A stretch of DNA of 64,000 nucleotides from the IMG/VR virus record IMGVR_UViG_3300005253_000063, positions 32,001 through 96,000 of that record; one strand, given 5' to 3'. Positions within the stretch are counted from its first letter, which is position 1. Every line of letters begins with the position of its first letter. This document shows positions 56,587 through 64,000 of the stretch, in pieces. A program made the position numbers and the translations under genes. The notes beneath the pieces were generated by a model. The model did no database searches. It had not been told where the DNA came from and worked only from the letters and a program-made list of their open reading frames with translations. This DNA comes from a virus.

Positions 56587-57265
56587 CGTCGGTCTCCTCT
56601 GCCTGCCGCGCCTCCACGGTCTCCGCTGCAACGCGCAGCGCTTTGAGCAACGCAGCCGACCGCTTCTTGAACTCGTCGGCGCCGAACCGCAACAGGATGG
56701 CTTCGACCTCGTCGGCCGCTTCCTCGGGCAGGCGGTAGGTCAGGACGCGTTCGCCCGATGATATCTTCTCGAAGGGCTCGACTTCCCCGAGGTCCGGCTG
56801 GATGGAGAGGTCGAGTAGATCATTGATCTCCGCGAAGTCGAAACCCGCGACCGACACTTCGAGGTCTTCGTCCGCGATGTTCAGGTCAACACCGTCGAGG
56901 ATCTCTTGGACGACGATGGGTAACTTTTCGTAGTCCCAAGAACCCTGCACCTTATTGAGAGTCAGGTTCAGGATCTTCACTTCGCGATCGTCGAGGCCGT
57001 CGACGTAGACCACAGGGACGCCGCCGGGCAACACGTTCTCTCCGTGCTCCGCGACCAGTGCGTCGTACGCTGCGAGGCGCTGGTGGCCACCAATGACGAG
57101 GCCGTCCTCCTTGCGGACGACGACCGGCTGGACAAACCCGTAGGTCACGAGCGACTCGCACAGCTCCGACAACATCTTCTTGCTGATGGTGCGCGGGTTG
57201 TAGTCCGCGAGGTGCAGGTCCGCGCGGGAGACCGAGTCGGTATCGAACGTTCTGATCTGCGTCAT
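56558..57265 (-). CDS. ParB-like protein in modification operon
   Basis: YNPR, YGFVQPVVV, IGGHQR, LNK-x-x-G-x-WD motifs; ATGA overlap. Confidence 0.88.
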   Translation of the reverse strand: MTQIRTFDTDSVSRADLHLADYNPRTISKKMLSELCESLVTYGFVQPVVVRKEDGLVIGGHQRLAAYDALVAEHGENVLPGGVPVVYVDGLDDREVKILNLTLNKVQGSWDYEKLPIVVQEILDGVDLNIADEDLEVSVAGFDFAEINDLLDLSIQPDLGEVEPFEKISSGERVLTYRLPEEAADEVEAILLRFGADEFKKRSAALLKALRVAAETVEARQAEETDDGDTDHTPA

Positions 57266-58110
57266 GCGATAGCCTTCGCCTTCTGTTCGCGCTTCGTCAA
57301 CCACTCTTCAAGTAGCAGCCAACTCTTGATCGACAGCGCTGCGATCTGGACACGGGTCGCCTTGCGGTACAAGAGCTGCTTGGGCTGCACGCCGTAGACC
57401 TCTTGCAGCAGCTCACGGTTTTCAATGAGAGGTTGCAGCTCCGTCATCTTGAACGAGACGGTCGTGCCGCGACGCGGGTCGAAGAGGGGGATGTTCCCGA
57501 AGCGCAATGGCCGTGCCCATGACGACGAGTCGACGGAGTACCACGGGTACGCCTTGAGCAGGGGGAAGTCGGTGATGCCGAAGCCGTGGATTTTGGTCCC
57601 GTGCTCCTGGGCAATCTTGAAGACGCGATCGAAGTGCCACTGTTTCGAGCGACGCTTCCTGCTAGCACCCTCGCCCAGCACCGAGCCCGTACCACCACAA
57701 CAGACGAGGTCGAATCGCTCGCACAGACCTTCGAGCACCGACTCGTCCTCGCCCATATGGTAGACCGGCAGAGGTGCGAGCCCTTCCGACTCAAGGTACC
57801 GCTGGTTCTGATCCGTCAACTTGCTGCTCTGGATGTTGTCGAGGTTCGCGTAGATCGCGACCTTGCTACGCCACCGCTTCAAGAAGTTGATGTAATCGCC
57901 GATCGCGATGCTCGTACCCGATGTCCACGCGGAGTACGCACCCGAGTCGACGAAGATGTCGCACCCGTGCCTCGCGTAATACTCGACACCCGCGTAGTTC
58001 GGTGACTTGGACTTGTGGAACGACCGGTAGAAGTAGAAGTAGCTGATCAGGATGCGCGGCGGGCAGGGAATGGGCTTCACGTACGGGCTCATCACCAGAT
58101 AGATTTTCAC
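57262..58110 (-). CDS. dpdA: DpdA-like (TGT-fold) DNA transglycosylase
   Basis: LISY, FVDSGAYS, NLD, PVYH, HGFG and SVDSSSW motifs; GTGA overlap with queC. Confidence 0.8.
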   Translation of the reverse strand: MKIYLVMSPYVKPIPCPPRILISYFYFYRSFHKSKSPNYAGVEYYARHGCDIFVDSGAYSAWTSGTSIAIGDYINFLKRWRSKVAIYANLDNIQSSKLTDQNQRYLESEGLAPLPVYHMGEDESVLEGLCERFDLVCCGGTGSVLGEGASRKRRSKQWHFDRVFKIAQEHGTKIHGFGITDFPLLKAYPWYSVDSSSWARPLRFGNIPLFDPRRGTTVSFKMTELQPLIENRELLQEVYGVQPKQLLYRKATRVQIAALSIKSWLLLEEWLTKREQKAKAIA

Positions 58111-58760
58111 CACCAACCCTCGAATCGCGTGAGCTGACCCATGCCTTCCAACGTCTTGCGCATGTCGAGGCAGTGAAAGCACTTCTGACACGGGCGCTCG
58201 CCCGCCTCGTAACAGTTCCAGAGCTTGATGAGCGCGATGCCCTCGTCGATCAACGCTTCGAGGACCTGGGCTTTCGTCAGCGGTTGGCCGTCGAGAATGA
58301 GCGACTGCTCGTACCTGATCTCGTGCCCCGCCTCAGCCGCGAGAGAAACGAGCGCACCCATCCCTTCGTAGAACTCCGTGGTACAATCGTACCAGCAGTA
58401 GGGATCGTCGGGCCGGTACTCCGTGGTCTTGCTACCGACCACAACCACGTTCGCTCCGTGGGCCTGGGCGAAGTTTGCCGAGAGGGTACCGAGCACGAGG
58501 TTGCGAACGGGGATGTATGGGCTGTCGCTCTGGTCAGGGAGCGCCTGACTGAGCGTGCATTTCAAGCGGGTCAGTCCGCGCCACGACGGGTAGCGCGTGA
58601 ACCACTCCGCGAGGTACTCCGCACTCGCACGCTCCTGCTCGGCGTAGACCTGTCCGTAGTTCGTGAAGACGCCGAACACGGAATCGTACTTCCGAAGGGC
58701 GAGCAGCGTGGACAACGCGCTGTCGTACCCACCCGACAATTCGCAGACGGCCGTTGTCAT
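58107..58760 (-). CDS. queC: 7-cyano-7-deazaguanine synthase QueC
   Basis: SGG-x-DS, YGQ, P-x-RN, DC and CY...C-x-x-C-x-x-C motifs. Confidence 0.92.
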   Translation of the reverse strand: MTTAVCELSGGYDSALSTLLALRKYDSVFGVFTNYGQVYAEQERASAEYLAEWFTRYPSWRGLTRLKCTLSQALPDQSDSPYIPVRNLVLGTLSANFAQAHGANVVVVGSKTTEYRPDDPYCWYDCTTEFYEGMGALVSLAAEAGHEIRYEQSLILDGQPLTKAQVLEALIDEGIALIKLWNCYEAGERPCQKCFHCLDMRKTLEGMGQLTRFEGWW

Positions 58761-59626
58761 CGTTGCAGCTCCCTCCGCAGCTCGTCGTAGTCATCGTCCT
58801 CTCCCGACCAGAGGAAGACCTGCCAACAGTTCTTGCCGGGGTACAATCCGAACCTCTGCACAACTTCGGCGCGCACGACATCCGCAATCGTGAACACGGG
58901 TCCTTTCCCTATGTTGTGCTCCGGCGGAACGACCTCAGCGAGCAGCGACCTGCGACGGTCGATCTGTGCCACAAGTACGTCGCGATCGAACTCGCTCAGC
59001 GTGGTCAGCAGGTCGTACAAGAGGGGGATTGCCGGAGTGTGTGGCGGCTGACCGAGAGCCTGGTACGCACGATAGCGTGCGAGGTTGAGATAGGAGTACG
59101 CCTCGGACTCCTTGAGCAAGTGCTGCCACGCGCGCTCGGCAACGACTACGATGCCGATGACCGGGAGGGCACCAAGCTGCTTGCTGCTCACGGTCGTCCA
59201 GATATCCCACGACGGATCGGGTAGGTAGTACGGGAACGCGGAGACCATGTCCACGAAGGTGAACTGTGCACTCGGCGGCCCCGACATCTTCAGCGACGCG
59301 CTGGTCTCGTAGCCGACCCAAGCGTGGCGACCTGCGACCCGGTCGTCGAGGTTGTCGTGGGCGCGCAGGTACCGCTGAAGCCGAGAGCCGAACTCGTACT
59401 GCACGCCACTCACGTACAGCGGCACGGTGAGGCTTGCCGCGACCGCCTCGTTCGCAAGCGACCCACTCCCGGTCAGGAACAGTACCGAAGAGGATGGACG
59501 TACATTGAACTTCTCGCGGAACGTCTCTTCAAGCGAGTACAGCAACCCCGCGTACTCCGGCGACCGGTGGTGGAACGATTGAGCGGACCCCGAGTGAGAC
59601 CGCGCGTTTGGTCCAAGGTTCGTCAT
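58757..59626 (-). CDS. Class-V PLP-dependent aminotransferase-like protein (289 aa)
   Basis: TGSGS-x-ANEA, YETS, VD-x-VSA, SSK-x-LG-x-x-P (PLP Lys) and P-x-TP motifs; ATGA overlaps with folE and queC. Confidence 0.8.
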   Translation of the reverse strand: MTNLGPNARSHSGSAQSFHHRSPEYAGLLYSLEETFREKFNVRPSSSVLFLTGSGSLANEAVAASLTVPLYVSGVQYEFGSRLQRYLRAHDNLDDRVAGRHAWVGYETSASLKMSGPPSAQFTFVDMVSAFPYYLPDPSWDIWTTVSSKQLGALPVIGIVVVAERAWQHLLKESEAYSYLNLARYRAYQALGQPPHTPAIPLLYDLLTTLSEFDRDVLVAQIDRRRSLLAEVVPPEHNIGKGPVFTIADVVRAEVVQRFGLYPGKNCWQVFLWSGEDDDYDELRRELQR

Positions 59627-61164
59627 AGGCTCGCGAGTCGCAGGAACTCCTGCCGCACCATGGGGTCGTCCTTGAAGACGCCGCCCAAAGCAGTTGTCGT
59701 CATTGTCGAACGATGCTTCCCGACGCCGCGCGCTGCCATACAGAGATGCTGCGCGGAGACGGTGACGCCCCACCCCTTCGGTTCGAGGTGGACGTGCAGC
59801 GCATCGGCAATCTGTTTGGTCATTCGCTCCTGGATCTGGAGCCGACGTGCGTAGCATTCAACGAGTCGAGCGAGCTTCGAGATACCGACGACACGCTCGC
59901 CGGGCAAGTAGACCACCGTCGCGGTCCCGTGGAACGGCAGCAGGTGGTGTTCACAGTTGTGCGCCAAGTGACCTGCGATGAGGAATGTTGGGTGGGGCTC
60001 GCAAACAAAACTATAAACGGTGTACGGTTTTTGTGGCTCGGGCAGACACCGTACTGCCCGAACATCTACCCAACGACTCTCGACCAAGTCCGTGCGGTGA
60101 CACTCCTGCTCAAAGCCGTGTCGGCCGTACCACCCGCGTTGCCACCATCGATCGCTAATGTACAGTTGGGAAGCGCCCTTTTGTGCGGTGAATCTTGCTT
60201 CGATTACCTTCGCAAATTCTGCAAGGAAGTCAGCATTGCCGCTAACGACGAGCGAGCCAGGCTGATCCTTCCGTGGGAAACCATCTCCGTCGATGTAGCC
60301 GTCGATGAAACCTTGCATCGTGCCGAACGATGACAACACGACGCGGGGAAAGTTTTGACGCATATGATGGGCATCACCGCCGAGCCACAACCTGAATAGG
60401 TCAGCAAGGTAGCTCGACACAACCCTCACCCGGAAGCCTGGAGTATCACGACCAGTGAAACCCGAGGGTCGAGACACTGCTTCGACTTCGGCCTCAATGC
60501 CAAACGCCTGCTCCAAGGTTGTTGCGTACTTCGATGCAAAGTTCTCGTCGTTCACTACAAGCGAAAGACTACGTTCCCCGACAGAGCCATCCGAACACGT
60601 TGCTCCAATCGTGTACCCCAAAGCGTAACCGACCTCGGGTGGATAGCGACGCCTGCAAAGGCTTCGGGGTGGCGTCCACTCAATCTTTCGTCCTGCTAGA
60701 TCCTTAGCCTCGCACCACCCATCAGGAGTCGCGAGCGGGTGGTCTGGCGTGACACGAAAACTACTAGCTTCAGTTTCGACCTCGACAATCTCGCGTGTCT
60801 TGCGCGATGTAACTGATGCGACCTTCGTTTCAACGCACCTGCCTTCCCGAAGGGTCCAAAACCTATCACCAACTTCAACCTGTGAGGCGCGCTTGGCGCC
60901 ACCTACGACATTGATTAGTTGCCGTGATGGAACACACAGTGAGTAGAAGTCGATCTCCTGCAACGCGATCATCTCGTCGTAACCCTCGGAGGAGAAGTCG
61001 CGTCCGAGAATCTTCTTCGGGTCCTGCTTGTACCCGGCGAGCAGCTCTTCATAAGCCCGAGCGACGCGCTCGGGCGTTCTTTGCAGGCCCTCGCGTTTCG
61101 GGTCTTCGCCGACTGCTACGAGCAGCCGGTGGACCGACGCGGCGGCTGCTTCCCGGTCGACCAT
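59623..61164 (-). CDS. folE: GTP cyclohydrolase I containing an intein
   Basis: GEDP-x-REGL-x-x-TP-x-RV, SL|[18 protein letters not shown] and HLCM-x-x-RG motifs. Confidence 0.95.
   Translation of the reverse strand: MVDREAAAASVHRLLVAVGEDPKREGLQRTPERVARAYEELLAGYKQDPKKILGRDFSSEGYDEMIALQEIDFYSLCVPSRQLINVVGGAKRASQVEVGDRFWTLREGRCVETKVASVTSRKTREIVEVETEASSFRVTPDHPLATPDGWCEAKDLAGRKIEWTPPRSLCRRRYPPEVGYALGYTIGATCSDGSVGERSLSLVVNDENFASKYATTLEQAFGIEAEVEAVSRPSGFTGRDTPGFRVRVVSSYLADLFRLWLGGDAHHMRQNFPRVVLSSFGTMQGFIDGYIDGDGFPRKDQPGSLVVSGNADFLAEFAKVIEARFTAQKGASQLYISDRWWQRGWYGRHGFEQECHRTDLVESRWVDVRAVRCLPEPQKPYTVYSFVCEPHPTFLIAGHLAHNCEHHLLPFHGTATVVYLPGERVVGISKLARLVECYARRLQIQERMTKQIADALHVHLEPKGWGVTVSAQHLCMAARGVGKHRSTMTTTALGGVFKDDPMVRQEFLRLASL
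59956..60936 (-). mobile_element. Intein with LAGLIDADG endonuclease (327 aa)
   Basis: Starts Cys (CVPS), block B TPDHP, LAGLIDADG-like IGATCSDGS and [10 protein letters not shown], ends HN before Cys+1; more AT-rich codons. Confidence 0.93.
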
Positions 61165-61206
61165 GCGAGTGACACTAGCACAGGTAGCAGACATAAGGAA
61201 TCTAAC

Positions 61207-62814
61207 TCAGAGCTGGATCCGAGTCGCTCCAGCGAGTCGATCGGCGAGGTCTTCGTTGTGAGAGATGACCACGACGGCGCGGGCACTGGCGAGTTCATCG
61301 AGTGCTTCGACGACCGCGCCGACACCTGCCGTATCGAGTGAGTCCAGAACTTCGTCAAAAAACAGCGTGCCCCGCTTCTGACCGTGGGCCGCGCCCGCGA
61401 TCTCCGCGAGGGCGAACAGGAGCGCGACGTCGATCCGCCGACGCTCCCCACCCGACGCGCCTTGGTATCCGTACCCGCCGCCGGCTCCTGTGACCTCAAG
61501 ACTGATCGAGTCCCGAACGCCACCCGACTTCTTCTCACCGTAAGGCTTGAGCGAGAGTTGGAGTCCCGAGCCCGCGATGCGAGCCAGCCATCCGTTCGCG
61601 ACCGCTTCGATTCCCGACAGCGCCTCGCCGAGCACGTGCGACCGGACGCCTTTCAGACCGAGGACACGCTCGCACGCCTCCAGCTCTGCGGCCTCCGCTG
61701 CGAAGGTAGCAGCGGTCACGGTCGCTGCGTTCAGCGCCTCCTCGGCTTCGGTCAGCGTGGTCTCCGCTTTCCTCAACCCGCGCTCCGCGCTCGCACGGTT
61801 CGCGCTCTTTGTCTTCGCGACCGCGAGCGACCTGGAGAGTTCCTCACGCCGACCGCGGGTCGTTTCAAGTTCGCCGCGCAGCTCGTCGAGGTTCTCGCGC
61901 ATCGTGACGAGCTTGTCTTCGACTGCCGCTCGCGACTCTGTGGCGTTCTCACGTAGCACCGTGACCTTCCCGCGCACCGTCACGCGGTCTTGGTCGGTGA
62001 CGGGACGCAGGCACGTCGGACACTCCGCCCCGAGCTTCGCAAACGCGCGCTCGTAGACCGATGCCTGCGCGTCTGCTTCGTCGCCAACGCGCTCGCACTC
62101 CGCGAGGTGTTTGTTGCAAGCCCTGATCTCTTCGGTGCACTTGATGCCCGCCTTGCGCAGACGCGCGATCTTCGATTCGAGTTCGGTAGCATTGACGACC
62201 TCCGCGACATCCGCGAGGGTCTCCCGTGCCTGCAGCACAGCTTGCTCGATCTGGTATCGACGCTCTTCGAGGACGGCAAGCTCCCGCTGCTTCGCGTCGG
62301 ACCCCTTGGTCGCGGTACGAAAGTCGGTGCGGCAGTAGCCCAGCGCTTCGTCGAACTGTTCGAGGCCGAGGATCGATTCGAGGAGACGCTTGCGTTCGCC
62401 GTCCGTCGCGAGCGTGAAGTGTGCGACGTCCTGCGACGAGAAGACCTGAGTCCGTTGCCAGACCTTGAACGCGCCAACGATCGGGTCGAGCGCCTCCTGC
62501 GCCTTGGTCATCGTGTCAAACTTCTCGTGGAATTCGCCGTCGGGCAACGAGAACGCGAGCTGCGTCTTCCTGCCCTTACGTGTGCGCAACACCTCCACGA
62601 TGTCCGTCGCGACGCTGACCTCGCCCGCCTCGTCACGCCATGGCAACGTACCGCGCAGCGTCTTACCCCAGAGGCAGGTGGCGACGGCCTCGATGAGAGA
62701 CGACTTCCCTGAGCCGTTCGGACCGGTCACAAGGACAACGCCCGCAGACGGGAGCGTGAACGTCCGGTCGTCGTGGACCATGAAGTTCTTGAGTCGGATC
62801 TCTCTAACGTCCAA
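61207..62814 (-). CDS. SbcC/Rad50/gp46-like ATPase
   Basis: GPNGSGKS, coiled coil with CPTC zinc hook, SGGE, FFDE, ISH. Confidence 0.92.
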   Translation of the reverse strand: MDVREIRLKNFMVHDDRTFTLPSAGVVLVTGPNGSGKSSLIEAVATCLWGKTLRGTLPWRDEAGEVSVATDIVEVLRTRKGRKTQLAFSLPDGEFHEKFDTMTKAQEALDPIVGAFKVWQRTQVFSSQDVAHFTLATDGERKRLLESILGLEQFDEALGYCRTDFRTATKGSDAKQRELAVLEERRYQIEQAVLQARETLADVAEVVNATELESKIARLRKAGIKCTEEIRACNKHLAECERVGDEADAQASVYERAFAKLGAECPTCLRPVTDQDRVTVRGKVTVLRENATESRAAVEDKLVTMRENLDELRGELETTRGRREELSRSLAVAKTKSANRASAERGLRKAETTLTEAEEALNAATVTAATFAAEAAELEACERVLGLKGVRSHVLGEALSGIEAVANGWLARIAGSGLQLSLKPYGEKKSGGVRDSISLEVTGAGGGYGYQGASGGERRRIDVALLFALAEIAGAAHGQKRGTLFFDEVLDSLDTAGVGAVVEALDELASARAVVVISHNEDLADRLAGATRIQL

Positions 62815-62834
62815 GGTATAACCTGTGCAATGTC

Positions 62835-64000
62835 CTATGTAACGCCAGAACCATTTGAGGCGTGAACCGATCGTGTGGTCCTGACTCGAACTTCGCGGGT
62901 CGCAGAGGTCCCCTTACTTCGGAGCGCCTCTCGCCGCACGGCCCTACCGGCCGCTAGGATGTTGAGCGCCGCGTTCTCATCACGGTCCACCACAAGTCCG
63001 CACGGACAACGATGGACGCGAACGGCGAGGCTCTTGCGGACCTCATCGCCACACGCGCTACAAGTTTGCGATGTCCCGGCAGGGTTCACTTCCACGACCA
63101 CGCGCGCAGCTTCTTCCGCTTTCGTACGTAACCATCCGAGGAAACTTCCCCAACCAACATCATAGACAGATTTCGACAGCCTCGATCGGGCGAGACCTTT
63201 GATGTTCAGAGCTTCGACACAGATCAGATCATTCGTAGCAACGAGTGCGCGAGCTACTTGGATATGGTGCTCGCGGCGCGTATTGCAAAGTTGACCGTGA
63301 CGTCGCGCGAGTCGCTGCGCGGCCTTCCGACGGTTGCGACCACCCCGCCTTTTCTTTGATACCCGGCGCTGCGCTCGGCTTACCGCGTTCTCCGCTCGAC
63401 GTAGAACACGCGGGTTCTCGAACACTTCGCCATCGCTCGTGACCGCAAACGACCTGAGTCCAAGATCAACACCAACCTCGTGACCAGCGGGTGCTAGCGG
63501 TTTCGTTGGAACGTCAACGCACTGAATCGAGGCATACCAGCGTCCGTTGTCGAGCGTGAGCCGCATCGTCTTTGGCGCACCTTCCATTGGGCGATGAATA
63601 TCGATCTTGACTTTTCCGAGCATCGGAATAGCGAGCCGACGCCGATCAGTGTCGAGCGGATTACGTTTCCTAAGATCGTCGATGCTGATCGTGTTGAACC
63701 GATGCGCACCCTTGAAACGTGGGAAGCCAGGCTTTTCCCCAACCTTCACGCGATTGAAGAAGGCACCAAAGGCACCGTTAAGACGCCGCAGCGCACCGCG
63801 CAATACTACGACAGGTACCCGACGAAACTCGGGACGCGCGTCTCGGACCTCCGCAAGCGCGCGCGATTGGTCGTACATCGAGACAGATACCCCACACTTC
63901 TTCCAGGCGTCTCGACGCTCCTGGAGCGCGGCATTGTAGAGTTCGCGCGTCATCGCAAGCCACGCCATGAGAGCGCGGGCCTGCCTCCGCGTCGGCTTGA
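62835..64000 (-). mobile_element. tnpB: IS200/IS605-family TnpB RNA-guided nuclease (5'-truncated by window)
   Basis: KPT-x-x-Q, LYN-x-AL, GFPRFK, GVDLG, VE-x-L, TSQTCS-x-CG and DRD-x-NAA-x-NI motifs. Confidence 0.93.

Noticed and set aside
57262-58110. tRNA-guanine transglycosylase for queuosine tRNA modification
   Set aside because: Lacks the TGT zinc-binding Cys motif and sits with ParB in a phage cluster, fitting DNA-acting DpdA-like proteins better
1-64000. CRISPR array, tRNA or rRNA genes
   Set aside because: No regularly spaced identical repeats or cloverleaf/T-loop signatures seen by eye; a dedicated scan could still find small ones

Overview
This window is a 64-kb internal segment of a high-GC tailed dsDNA phage or prophage with a contractile tail. 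Host is not determinable here; the tail module resembles myxobacterial prophage layouts (inference from memory of families, no search run). 1-30.5 kb (+) is the virion and lysis module: capsid C-terminus, neck, sheath, tube, a chaperone with a -1 frameshift site, tape measure, P2/eCIS-like baseplate, fibre-like genes, two free-standing HNH endonucleases, holin/spanin-like genes and an amidase. 30.5-55 kb is an accessory/early region with RuvC, two AAA+/VWA pairs, a sigma factor, ParB, an SF2 helicase and many small genes. Six gene starts there share a hairpin / GAGC-N6-GCTC / GGAGGCTGG leader module. 55-61 kb (-) is a tightly coupled 7-deazaguanine DNA-modification operon: intein-containing folE, an unexpected class-V PLP aminotransferase, queC, dpdA-like transglycosylase, ParB-like, queD, queE and an MT-A70 methyltransferase. 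An SbcC-like ATPase and a 5'-truncated tnpB close the window. No tRNA, rRNA or CRISPR array was seen. The best candidates for novelty are the aminotransferase inside the deazaguanine operon and the repeated structured leader module. All functional calls come from motif recognition by eye.
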